A stretch of DNA of 64,000 nt from Lytechinus pictus (lineage: Eukaryota). The notes under the pieces are model-generated. The model worked only from the letters and a program-made list of their open reading frames with translations, had not been told where the DNA came from and did no database searches. A program made the position numbers and the translations under genes. Location of the stretch: NCBI RefSeq assembly GCF_037042905.1, contig NC_087251.1, forward strand, positions 36,086,001 through 36,150,000. The letters are read 5' to 3'. Numbering within the stretch: the first letter of the stretch is position 1; every line of letters begins with the position of its first letter. Below are positions 26,833-39,099 of this stretch, piece by piece.

Positions 26833-27600
26833 GTGGGTGTTTCATAAAGCTGTTCGTAAGTTAAGAGCGACTTTGAAGATCAAGTCCACCCCAGGAAACG
26901 TTGATTTGAATAAAAAGAGAAAAATCAAACTAGCAAAATGCTGAAAATTTCATCAAAATCAGATGTAAAATAAGAAAGTTATGACACTTTAAAGTTTTGT
27001 TTATTTTTCACAAAACAGAGATATGCACAACTCAAATGAGAAAGTTGATGATGTCCCTCAATCACTATTTCTTTTGTTTTTTATTGTTTGAATTATAAAA
27101 TATTTCATTTTTTATAGATTTGACAATGAGGGCCAACTTGGCTGAATCATATAGCATATTAAACAATGCTCATTCCACATGTCCAGAGAGGAATTGATCT
27201 CAATTGACAAGGAGGAGAAAAATAGAATATTCCCTATTTCATATAATAAAATACAAAAGAAATAGTGAGTGGATGACGTCATCAGTCTCCTCATTTGCAT
27301 ACCCGCCAGGATGTGCATATAACTATTTTGTGAAATTAAGCACAAATTTAAAATGTCATAAATTTGTTATTTTACATCCGAATTTGATGAAATTTTCAGT
27401 GTTATGTTTGTTGGATTTTTCTCTTCTTATTCAAATCAACTTTTTGTTGGGGTGGACGTGTCCTTTAAGTAAGAACGACTGGTGAACATTTCTTATGCGC
27501 TGAGTGATAACCAATGGAGATATCATTTACCACAAGAAAGGATCACCAGTCGTTCGTAAAGTCGCTCTTAACTTAAGAACAGCTTTATGAAACGGCCCAC
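26833..27600. mobile_element. Short palindromic MITE split by a family A insertion
   Basis: GTTTCATAAAGCTGTTCGTAAGTTAAGAGCGACTTT / AAAGTCGCTCTTAACTTAAGAACAGCTTTATGAAAC. An uninterrupted relative lies at 52383-52565. Confidence 0.85.
26873..27468 (+). mobile_element. Kolobok-like MITE family A, copy 4 (nested)
   Basis: TTGA|AGATCAAGTCCACCCC...GGGGTGGACGTGTCCT|TTAA. Confidence 0.88.
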
Positions 27601-29175
27601 TGATCTCCCAAGTATGTAAAACTAATCCTACTGCCAGACCTTTTTATATTCATGCGGGATGTAAACATCTAAATTCCAAGTCTATACAAATCCAATGTCC
27701 AGACAGATGTGACATCACAAGCGAAAGCAGCCGCAGCATGTGTTGGCGAGGGAGGCATTTTCCTGTAATTGCATAAACTGCAGAGTGCGGCGCCTTACAC
27801 AGTTACACTTCCCGGTAAAAGCTATGGCGCTGAACATCGTTCACCCAGATACTATGAACCCTGCCATACATTGATGAACCGTTTGGCCTCCCTTTTGAGT
27901 CTGGCGCGTGAACCCACGCCCTACATCCAGTGACCCCTCTTTAAGACTGGCCTACTTCTTTGTTCCTGTCCAGGTGGGTATGAAAAGAAGAGGTCCAACC
28001 AAGTTCAATACCAATTAAGTCCAACAAATGAGTGACAAGGCTCGGTAACGTCGCAAGGACGTATCGATGATGATGCCTCTCTTTGATTGCCTCCTGCCAT
28101 ATTAAACCTTGTTGATGGATTCTTATTTCTATGGCAGCCAATTGAACATTCGAGCGTGTTTCGTGCACGTCGTCATCCGTATGCGATGACATGCCCGTGT
28201 TGATTTCAATCCATCTTGATTGCATCTTGACTCTCAAGGATGTTTATTTGTGGATTGAAAAAGTTTGTGCTATGAAATATGTATTTTCTGCACGCCTCCT
28301 CAGTGGTAGAGTCAATATTGGAGTTTGTCCCAGGGGACTGTTTCATGAAGCAAATAGGCAGTGATTTTCACCGATTAGTTTGTTCTGAGCCAATCAGATG
28401 CAAGGATTTCAGTAGCTCGGTGAAAACCACTGACTATTTGTTTCATGAAATGCTCATTTGGCTATTGATTTGGTCGATGTTTGTTGCTAGTCATAGTGGC
28501 ATTATTGATTTAATGATTTATGGATAATTCTATTTGGAGATATGTGATATGACTGATGATACGGTGTGCATGGTTATGGTTTCATTTTTCACAATATAAA
28601 CACAATGCAAACAAAGTCTAGTATGTCAATGAACGACCAGGGAATCAAACTCCGGTTGTATATCATGAAACTGGCATGTATACATCATGATTTCTAAAAA
28701 ATGATTTCTTTGTAAAGGGGGATGGAGAGTTAAAACCTGTCTTTAATGTAAATCCTCCAGAAATGCACCTATCCGATCGCTATTCAAACTCATTGCCAAA
28801 AAAATATTAGGATGTGAAGGATGTAAAATGAAAATGTACAGCATAAATTTGCAATCTTACATGAAAATTTTAATTTGACCCGGTGCCCAAACAAATTAAA
28901 ATATTTGCCTGTTTATAATATATATATATGGAATGGGCCTGAAATGCGCTGGATTTATTCTTTATCTGTAGCTTTCCAATATCCAATCACCAAAGTGCTA
29001 AAAGACCAATTTTTTAAAGAAAAAATCACTGAGAGAGGGCACTAAATATCTAACATTTGAATTTTCACAGAGAAGTGGCGGTTAGAAGAAAATCTAACAA
29101 CATGTACACTTGTGTAAGACTATAGTGTTAGATGATACTTGAGTATAATTCACATTATTGTCCCTGTACGAAAGC

Positions 29176-29948
29176 TTAAAGGTAAAAAAAAAAGACAGTA
29201 GTTGCAATAAACAATTATTTCATCAGAAAATCTTTTGAATTAAGTTTAATTGTCAAAATATTTTCATACATTAAGATCTGGTACATTAATGTAAACTAAT
29301 CTTTGTTAAATCATGAAATCTTAGCTAGAAATTGATCATTCTGATGATCACTAACACGGAAAAGCATATGTGGGACAGTGTATTGATATTGCCTCGAAAA
29401 ATACCCGACATTTGATGGAATAAAAAGAGAAAGATCCAACAAGCATAACACTGAAAATTTCATCAAAATCGGATGTAAAATTAGAAAGTTATGACATTTT
29501 AAAGTTTTGCTTAATTAAAAAAATAGTTATATGCACATCCTGGTCGGTATGCAAATGAGGGAACTGATGAAATCACTCACTATTTCTTTTGTATTTTATT
29601 ATATGAAATATGAAAAATGCAAATTTTCTCATTGTCCTGTGAAACAAAATTTCATTTCTCCCTTAACATGTGGAATTACCATTGTTTAACTTTTTATGGT
29701 TCAGTAAAGTTGGTCCTTATTGTTAATCTGTAAAGATTGAAATATTTTTAAATTCAAACAATAAAAAACAAAAGAAACAGTAAGTGAGGGACACCATAGA
29801 GTCTCTCATTTGCATATGACTAAATTGTGCATATAACTCTTTTTTGAAAAATAAGCGAAACTGTAAAATGTCATTTGTAGCATTATGCTTGTCTGGTTTT
29901 CCTCTGTTGACAAAATCAAAAATTTTCTGAGGTTGGCTTGACCTTTAA
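29176..29948. mobile_element. Chimeric Kolobok-like element: family B left part joined to inverted family A
   Basis: Family B sequence runs to about 29421 (CATTTGATGGAAT), then family A runs from GAATAAAAAGAGAAA to GCTTGACCT|TTAA. Confidence 0.8.
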
Positions 29949-30164
29949 GTTATTTTGGTAATACATGTACACCTGTACTACACATGATTTGTAGTATCTT
30001 ATTTCACATATTCAGTGCTTGAACACATTGTATTAAGCATTATATTTTAAATGATGCATATTATTCATCGATTTGATTCTAATCTATTTTAGTTTGAGAA
30101 CAACTCGAGCAAAAGTCTGATATGGAGATTTTATCCCAAGTCAGAAAAGGGCTTGTGGAAGCGA

Positions 30165-30283
30165 TGTGGTGTAGTGGTTCTGACCCTTGCCTTGTAATCA
30201 GAGGGTCATGTGTTCATATCTCACTGCAGCCTAGCATCCTTTGACATATCGTCGTTCCACACTTGCCACTCTCCAGCCAGATG
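30165..30283 (+). mobile_element. tRNA-derived SINE 5' portion
   Basis: TGTGGTGTAGTGGTT (A box) and TGTGTTCATATCTC (degenerate B box), followed by GCCTAGCATCC and a core-like CCACTCTCCAGCCAG. A related core fragment lies at about 41561-41600. Confidence 0.7.
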
Positions 30284-30552
30284 TTTTTTACCAAATGTTA
30301 TATAAAACACAACCGCGGCGGTTTAATTCGCTGTTGGATGCTTTTCTACATGCATGTAGGAACTGAGCACTTCAAAAAGTAACTGAAGTGTCTAGTCTTC
30401 CCCTTGTAGTGTCTTTGGTTCGTATTAATCAAGGGCCATCAAATGCCATGGCTGTGGGGGCTGTGAGTGCCCCCCCCCCCATTTGTGATGTAATATATGT
30501 GCCCTATAAAATAGAAAAGTAGCTTGGTCATTTAAAAATGATGCTCATCTAA

Positions 30553-30774
30553 TCAGGGGCGTATCCAGGATTTTCCGAAAGGGGGGGGCACATTTTTCTG
30601 AGGAAAAATTTGACAAGTAAAAAAAAAAGAGAAAAAAAAGCTCTTCACTTTCAAAAGGGGGGGGGGGCAAACTTCTTTTTAACAGCATTTTTACATTACA
30701 AATATTAATTTTGCTTCTCAAAGGGGGGGGGGCACGGGCCAGCTGTTGCCCCCCCCCCCCCCCATCCGCCACTG
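30553..30774. mobile_element. Poly-G/poly-C MITE (CAGGGGCG...CGCCACTG)
   Basis: TIRs CAGGGGCGTATCC / ATCCGCCACTG with G and C runs. Degenerate relatives lie at about 55839-55985, 58232-58450 and 59089-59295. Confidence 0.7.
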
Positions 30775-31558
30775 CATCTAATGTATAAACAATTTGGTGA
30801 TTAACCAAATAGTAATATCTCATTTCTATTTTGTATTTGTATTCTTTGTAATAATGGAGTGATGAACCCATTTTCGTTATTTTCTTTGTCACTGCTTATG
30901 CACAGAGATGCGTATTGTTATATAAACAACTGTAAATATAGAACATCCTGTTTATCTATGTTTACTCTTTATGTAAACAGTTTCCTGGAAAGACGAACCG
31001 ATGTGGATGGCTTGTCTCCACCGCTACTTCAGAATTCAGCGGCTTCTCTCAAGAGAAAACCATCCATAATGCACATCAATTTGAAATAGTAGTGATGTTT
31101 TAAAGCCACAAGCAATATATCAATTTTTCGCGGGGAGATCCAGGTTGTAGAACAGTGAAACGACTTCTAGAGATATATATGCTCATCGAAGCATACACAT
31201 CAGTAGATGGATTCGTCGAAAATGCAATCGGGATACGGAGGGGTGATTTTTATGTGCGAGTCGGCGGTCGGATATCTGTGTCAAGTGCTATAATTTTTTT
31301 GTGTAGAATATGATTTTTTTAAGAGGAAGAAGGATAGGCGAGGTGGACTGGAGGTCATTTAGATCAAAATTAGGTCAGGTGAGGCTAGGTTAGCGTTGAT
31401 GCAACACGCCATCCCTGTTGTCGGGTTCAAATGCAGGTTAGTACGGCCAGTTGAAAAGTAGGCTACCGTCACTCTTGTCTTTACTTGAGTCAAACGTGGG
31501 TCATCTGGAGCCCCACTTGCCCCTTTTGTTGCCAGGATTTCATTCACTTTCAGTAATT

Positions 31559-31573
31559 GTTGCCCTTGGTAAC
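31559..31573. promoter_or_regulatory. RFX X-box consensus site
   Basis: GTTGCC-CTT-GGTAAC fits GTNRCC(N0-3)RGYAAC and lies in unique sequence. Confidence 0.4.
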
Positions 31574-34063
31574 CACGCTAAGTGCTTCATTAATACATAA
31601 TACATCCCTCTTTTGTATCGCCTCCCATTGACTATCGTTACTCTCTCACGCTTCTCTTTCTCTCTCTCTCTCTAAGTCTCTTTCCCTCTCTCTTTCTCTC
31701 AACCCCCTTCTCTTTCTTATCTCCCCTATTCTTTTCCTCTCCCCCTCTCTCTCTCCTATTCAAATACAACAAACTCTCACTTTTTTTGTGGCGCCACTCG
31801 TTTGCTTTTAACAGTCTCCCGATCCCATTGCAAATTGCATGAATCATAATCATCCATCATACACGCATTTCCCGTACACTCCTCATCGTAAGGTCACTCG
31901 ATAAAAAGCAACCACCACCACCGAGAATGGTAGAAGAACACTGCTCTGTATTTTAAGATTACACCAGGGACATCTTCATGTAGACGGTGATTGTTATTCT
32001 AACGCCATATGCTTGGGGAAAATCTTTTCTGCAGTTGAATGAAATGCAGGATGGCGTCAAATAAATTGCAAAGCGTGTTTTTCTTATGGAGAGTGGGGGT
32101 TGAAAGAGAAGGGGGAAGATAAAATCTCATTCATACTCAAGTTGATACAAGGTATTCGGGTCATGGGTATAGACCTACTTCCCTTAGCCATACGCACTGC
32201 GTCAATATTATTTTCTGCAAATGGGCACATGCCGTGCTCTACATAGCTTCATTAGTCTAATTGTCGTTGTTTTAGGCGATTCCGGCCTCCACTTCCAAAC
32301 CCTGCCATGGCATACTACAGTAAAACGACATCGCCTTATTTAATCGATCCAGCCGTGTTTATCTGGCAAAGTGGAAGTAAGTCCCCAGGTTGTACATGGA
32401 TGAGGGGGAAAAATGAGTCAACTGATTACTTTGATTTATATTTGATGCTTGTCCCTCCTGAAAACACTTAGTGAAATGCCCTGTAGGCTTAATGAAGCAT
32501 CCCTGCCTGGAGGTGCTGTGGGTGATTCCCCCTAGACAGTGAACCTAAGATGCAGCTTCCCAGAAATAAAATCTTGATTGCGGATTGAATCATTATGCAT
32601 TTGTAGGGGAGTAAATAACCTGTCTCTGTGAAGTAGGTCTGAGGTTATTAGTGTTTGGGTGACTCTACACACCAGAAGTCTCTCCAGCGCACACTGGGAT
32701 TGCTGCACGTACACACACACCCACTAAAACCACAGCAGTGCAATCATAAGCTTCTCAGATTGTGCGTAATGTAATACCCGGCCAGAAGGGCAATCAGTCC
32801 CTCTTTTACACTTCCCACCACTCTTCACCATAGGCTGACCACCCCTACTCAGAAATAGATCACTCTTATTATATTTTCCTACAATGTACATTCACCTCTG
32901 AGTGCTTGCCTATTCCATTGTTGATAGAGGGGAAACCATTATCCTTTTGTACTTTCATGACGAACGTGGGTGAAAATCCACATCTCTACCTTGAAACCCA
33001 ACCCTGTTGCCTTATTGTGAAGTTTGTTGGTTTTTATCCCTCTATTAAATTTTTCCTCGGTTATTAGCCCCCTCTATTTTGCCCATTTGAGTTCGATGGT
33101 TTAGCGAGCAATGAAATCGAATCCTGTAAAACGGGGTTTTTCAGAATTTCACTAGAAGAAAGTTCAGGGGAAAAAGATTGTTGATTGATGGTGCATGAGG
33201 TTAGCTGTTTTCATTTGGGATGATAAAATGAACTAGTGAGCTTGAGGGCAATGCAATATCCATTGCTTGTGGTACACAGCGGGAATATGATGACTACTTC
33301 GTGCCACTGCCCTAATGTTGCTGTGTTCCCACGAAACTGTGCCAATGTATTGGAGTGGTTTAAACTTATTCTTCTGACATTGAATTTAAAAATTTACTGG
33401 AATTTGGTCTTATCAGTATATGAAACCTTTCAGTTTGTGAACCAAAAAGTTCATTTTTACTGTCAGTTGTAGTGTCGTGTTATTCAAGGCTCTTGCAACA
33501 TTTTTGGAAATCAAAAAGATTTTTAGATATTATCAGAAAGTAATTGCACTGTTCGAACCTTTCAACGTGAACATATTAGTATAGGTTATACATGAACAAA
33601 GTATGAAGATTGATTATTAAATGAGGGGGGGATCCCAGTTGATATTGATGATAACTTGAAGTCATGTGTATTAAAATATTGATTATTTCATTCCCATGTC
33701 CTGATACATTTAAAGTCAGATCCCTAATGGAATTATAATCGTTTCCATTAATTTCAAATAATAATGCTGTCTGACATCACTAATGAAAAATAAGGACGAT
33801 CCATAAGGGAAATATGATTCAACTTCTGTAATATAGAATTGAAATTTCATGAAATTATAGATTTATGCAATACCCTGCATATTCCATTTTGACCTTTTAA
33901 AATCATCAGTGCTGCTTCTCCGCGGTACAGCTCATTTTGCATCTTTAAAATATGCATAGAAGATCATGTACGGGACACCATTTGAAGACAAAGGGTACTT
34001 AAGTAGAGTTTGTGTATAATAGGCCCACCTTATGAAATCTCTGCACAACCTGGCCTGACATAT

Positions 34064-34486
34064 CAGAGCTGCCAACCAGTACATTTGTGGCGTATTAAGT
34101 ACGTTTTTGCAACCGAAATACGACAGTACGTTTTTTCTTTTAAAAATACGATTTTTGTATAAAAATTTTTTTTTACAAAATCGTAATTGATTGAGAAAAA
34201 TCATCTCTATATGTCTCTATTTCATAAAACTTACACAAACATGGTGATTGGATGAATGTAATTCCAGGTAAATTGTTTTTTTTTTCAATCATTTTGTTAA
34301 AACCAGGGTGAGATATACACATATTTCAATGTTTTTGTGTGTTTTTTTTTCATCTTCAAGAGAACAGGCTGGCAATTGTTACGTTGAGACAAATTTTTTA
34401 AATAAACTCTTTTTTTTTTTTTTTAATACTTTTTTTGCCTTCTAAGAATAATTTTTTTTTTTTGCTGTAGGAGGTTGGCAGATCTG
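34064..34486. mobile_element. hAT-like MITE
   Basis: CAGAGCTGCCAACC...GGTTGGCAGATCTG. Further right-end-like copies occur at about 34556-34569 and 34659-34672. No clean TSD. Confidence 0.6.
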
Positions 34487-34928
34487 CATACTCCAGAATC
34501 AATTGATTCTTGCATGCAGCTTGAGCGCCGCGATGAGCTGTTTTTTTTCTTCAAATGTTGGCAAGCCTGGTATATCTGCATAGCAGTGCGCATTTAATTA
34601 TAAAAATACAGTTTTGGGGGATACAGGGTTTTTTTTATCACAATTTTTCATTCCCAGAGGTTGGCAGGTCTGACAAAGTCATATAGGAATACTTTAAAAA
34701 TCAAGTAGTACGATGGAAGGAGTACCATGGTGTATCGGCGGAAGGGCCATCAGTGCACTGTAGTGCATTGTAGGCTGTGCACTCAGACCTCGTTAGCTCG
34801 AGTGAAGGATTTGCACAGCAAGACGAGACAGAAGTGGCCAGAGCCAAGTCAAACGATCAGTCCATCGGTTTTAAATCATGGTATCTATGACGTCGTGAAT
34901 GCATACCACCATGACGTTGATGATCTAA

Positions 34929-35568
34929 TACCCCTTTCATACTGCCCTCTTCATACTTCGCCGGCGAACTTCTCCGCCTCGCATTCCTCACTTCCCCGGC
35001 GAAGAAAAAAATGTACCCTTTCGCACTGACATTTCTTCCCCGGCGAAAGTCAACGGGCGATTGCAGAACAAACGAAAGTAAATTGTAAACATTACTTCTT
35101 ACCTATTACAAAAAGGTATCAAAAAATTAATTACAACATATTTTGGAAGTATTACGATAAAAACAAACAATATCACCTTGTTTTTATATCTTAGCGCATT
35201 TTATACATGTAAAAAGTGCTTTTCAATAAACATTGTTAGTAAAAAAAAATAATGTTCGAGGGTATCTACTTGGCCATAGCATTCAGCTGAGCTTGCAACT
35301 ATCGCGCGCGGAATCTCGATACAGGGGACTTCGGGAGAGAAAAAAATTGACCTGTGACGTCATTAAAGAGGAGAAGTTCTCCGGTTTGCTTTCATACTGG
35401 CCTTTTCACCAGCGAACTTCGCCGGTGAAACAGTTTCGCCGGCGAAGTTCTCCACCTCTAGAGGTGGAGAAGTTCTCCTGTGTACCTTTCATACTGGACA
35501 CTTTCCCCTTCGCTGGCGAACTTCGCCGGTGAAGTTCGCCGGTGAAAGGCGCAATATGAAAAGGGATA
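34929..35568. mobile_element. PIF/Harbinger-like MITE
   Basis: TAA|TACCCCTTTCATACTGC...GCAATATGAAAAGGGATA|TAA, with subterminal TTCGCCGGCGAA repeats. Confidence 0.85.
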
Positions 35569-35602
35569 TAAGTTCAGGCAGTCAGGTATGGTCTGGAGTC
35601 CA

Positions 35603-36395
35603 AGACCCCTGTTACATCTGAGAGATTCCCTACCTCGGGCCGGCCCGGGGCCTACCTCGGGTCGGAAAGAAATCAGATGTAAACATCCCAAACCTATCTC
35701 GGGCCACCTTTTAGCGAACCTACCCGAGACCACATCCAGAGGTAGTCTCGGGTAGGTATCGGGCCGGCCCCGGTCCACCAATTCGTAGATGTAAACGCAC
35801 ACAAGCTTTCGAACCAATCTCGGTCCGTTCGCCAGCTGTCAAATTACGTCATAGCGCGCGCTATCCCCTCCCCAGCCCCGTCGTTCTTCGAATGTTTTGC
35901 GACATGTGAATTGTGATTGATAAAGTCTTTGATTTGAGTGGAAAGAAGGAAGCATTTGAAATTTTGAAACGTATCCTTTCCTGAAGAAATTGCGTACGAC
36001 TTTCCCGAATCAGGGAATACACATTAATATTCTTCATAATGTATTCGAGGGTCTGTACTTTTCGGGGTTTTAAATATCTAGAAATAACAACTAACGTAGG
36101 CTATCCGATCGTAACCAAATGGCGAGCTAGCAGCTGACGAGTGTAACGAAATGTAAACAACTTCAATTAGCGCGCGCAAATTATTCAGAGCCTAGATCGA
36201 GAGCCCCTTTTGGTGTCAGCAATCGGATACCGCTCGAAACCGTACCGATAAGGGAGGGAATGAACGCTGTGATGTAAACAGACCACATTTCGGACTCGGT
36301 CCGTTCGCGAAGCTAATCCACCAATAATCCAGTCAAGGTTGCAAGTGGACTCGGTCGGGTCTCGGGTAGGAAACTTTCAGATGTAACAGGGGTCT
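35603..36395. mobile_element. GC-rich MITE with perfect 18-bp TIR
   Basis: AGACCCCTGTTACATCTG / CAGATGTAACAGGGGTCT, with internal CTCGGG and GATGTAAAC repeats. Confidence 0.82.
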
Positions 36396-36600
36396 ATGTC
36401 TCACACGCTGCTGTGCTTGGCCACCCACACGGTCTGCCGGCTCGTTGCTTTCAGGCATTGTTTACGGTGAATGTCGATAATTTGTCATCTTTTCAAATAG
36501 TTGATGCCTTCCATTTTGATGGAGTGTTACCTGTTATTATTAAATTAACCCTTCCCAATCAGAGAGTATTTGACGCCTGATATTTTGAACTAGTGAATAT

Positions 36601-37208
36601 TTAAAGGTCACGTCCACCTCAGAAAAATGTTAATTTGAATCAATAGAGAAAAATCAGATAAGCATAATGCTGAAAATTTCATCAAAATCGGATGTAAATA
36701 AGAAAGTTATGACATTTTAAAGTTTCACTTATTTTTCACAAAATAGTTACATGAACGAGTCAGTTACATGCAAATGAGAGAGTCAATGATGTCGCTCACT
36801 CACTATTTCTTTTGTTTTTTATTGTTTGAATTATACAATATTTCAATTTTTATAGATTTGACAATAAGGACAAACTTGACTGAACCATAAAATGTTCAAC
36901 AATGGTAATTACACATGTTCAGGGAGAAATAAAACTTTGTTTCACAGGACAATGGGGAGAAAATTAGAATATTTTGTATTTCATATAATAAATACAAAAG
37001 AAATAGTGAGTGAGTGATGTCATCAGTTCCCTCATTTGCATACCAACCGAGATGTGCATATAACTGTTTTGTGAAATGAAGCGAAACTTTAAAATGTAAT
37101 AACTTTCTTATTTTACATCCGATTTTGATGAAATTTTTAGCGTTATGCTTGTTGGATTTTTATCTTTTATTCATATCAAGGTTTTGTTGGGGTAGACTTG
37201 TCCTTTAA
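36601..37208 (+). mobile_element. Kolobok-like MITE family A, copy 6
   Basis: TTAA|AGGTCACGTCCACC...GGTAGACTTGTCCT|TTAA. Confidence 0.88.
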
Positions 37209-37342
37209 TGAGCCAGTTGGAAAGCACCAATTGTCAATTAAATGGAAAGGGATTGTTAGGCTCACCCCCATCCAGATTGGGGGTGGGGGAGGGAGGGGGG
37301 AGGTGATATGGATGGATATACTTTGGTGTAACTGGACATTAT

Positions 37343-37776
37343 GACACCGTTCTCACTACCTTCCTAAAACTAGTTTAGTGGAAACTAGTTTAACATGTAA
37401 TGAGAACGGTCGAAGCGATCTTCCGAACAGGTTCATAAAACCACCTCGTGGTGTAGTTTTCAAGATCGCTTTGCCTCGTTAAACTGGTTTTAGCGTAAGA
37501 GAGGACACAACTGTTCTTCAGGAAGCAATCTTTGCACATTTTGAGCATGCTACTCCACACAGCAGGTGTATAATGCCTATGCTGCAGTTTCGAATATGCG
37601 CAAAACGTATCACCCCACTGAGAGCGTTTCCATAGCAACAAGATTGCTTTACGTGAAGTGATTTTGAAAACCATTTTCGTGTGATCAAGTGGGAACGCTA
37701 GCAAAGCGATCTTCCAAACTTGTTTCCTGAACCAATCAAATAAACTAGTGTTAGGAAGCGTAATGAGAACGGTGTC
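37343..37776. mobile_element. PIF/Harbinger-like MITE, copy 2 of the 6152-6600 family
   Basis: TAT|GACACCGTTCTCA...TGAGAACGGTGTC|TAT, collinear with 6152-6600. Confidence 0.88.
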
Positions 37777-37779
37777 TAT

Positions 37780-37852
37780 GACTCAGTGGTAGAGTACCAA
37801 CCTCAAAAACGGGAGGTCATGGTTTCAATACTGGGCCAAGTCATACCAAAGA
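37780..37852 (+). mobile_element. Degenerate tRNA-derived SINE head
   Basis: GACTCAGTGGTAGAG (A-box-like) ... GGAGGTCATGGTTTCAATAC (B-box-like) ... GTCATACCAAAGA. Confidence 0.55.
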
Positions 37853-39099
37853 TTTTTTTTAAATATGACTTTTTGCCATCTTGTCAGGTACTTCACTGTA
37901 GTATTTGAAAAGAGAAGGGTAATGCAGGGCCTGATGGTAGAACGCTTCATAAGAATTGAAGTACTTGGTTTTGGTCACTATGAGTGATTGCGCTTGTGAA
38001 TGTTTTCGATACGATCGAGTCGAGTGCAGTCACGATGTTTGGATTGTCATGATTGTAGCGAAGTGAGATCGTGTTTTGTGGCCATATTTTGTTGAGATTT
38101 TGGAGTAGTTTCTGTTGCTCTTCTGTGCATTTTAAGGAAAAATATGATTTTCCATTTCAAAAGGCTGTTTCCGTGAAAATCACTGCCCCTACATAATAAG
38201 GGGTATAGTCGACAATGAGAGAAAGATTATCGATAATCGCTAATTGGCAAAAACATGCGTTTATCAAGAGGACTAGCAATAAAGAGGTTATAAATCGATA
38301 ACAGCACTAGTGGCTACCTTTGGGTAACTAAGAAATTTTAGTGTTATCAATTTTTATGGTGGCACTAGAAGCTATTTATTTTTTTAATTGTCGTATCTGT
38401 TATAAGTAGTATATTTTAATTCTAACATCATTTTCATCAATTATTCTTTGATAATGTGCCTGATTTAAGCTCCTTTCACCATTGGTATTATTCTGGTACA
38501 TCATTTTTCAACACAAATTACTGGTAAAATCTGTAACTACTCCAAACATTTTTCCAGAAATATTTATTTTTTCTCACTTGCTTTGCCCACCCACAAAATT
38601 GTTAGAAATATGACAGTTTCCAAAGCTTTCGCTCCGTCAAACATTTGGTTTGGTTATGCACACATTAATGGCTTCATATAAATTTATAGATCAAGCTTAA
38701 CTCCTCTCTATCCACCTCCAAGGGCAAGGATGAAACAACCTTCTCCATACACATCGCATATTTTACCTCTTTCTCTCTGTCCCTCATTACTCCACGCTGA
38801 CTCAGATTTTAAATGGTTTTGACCACATTCTCCTGTCATTTTACATAATGGAGGGTAGTTCTATTTCTGTGACGGGGGTGTTCTGCCTGTGAGGTGTCAG
38901 CTTGAAGTGAAATTAATGAAATACATCCTTGACATTCCTAGAGTTAACCGATGCAAAGGTCTGTCTTGATTTCACCAGGTGTAGACTTTGTGATGAAAAA
39001 ATAAAACGTCCTTGACATTATGTACCAAGGTTTACACCACCTTTTTTGTTTCAAAGGTTTTAGTGGCTCATTAACTTTCAGTCCTACTGAATAATATGA

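Noticed and set aside
27780..27820. AECGALH, resembling the PPP1R21 AECRAL motif
   Set aside because: Flanked by in-frame stops within a few codons, with no usable splice sites. Treated as coincidence.
30165..30240. tRNA gene (also 8700-8777 and 37780-37850)
   Set aside because: Degenerate boxes, no complete cloverleaf, and the sequence continues into a SINE body.
34771..34880. Protein-like frame AVHSDLVSSSEGFAQQDETEVARAKSNDQ
   Set aside because: Weak acceptor and donor, and no recognisable homology.
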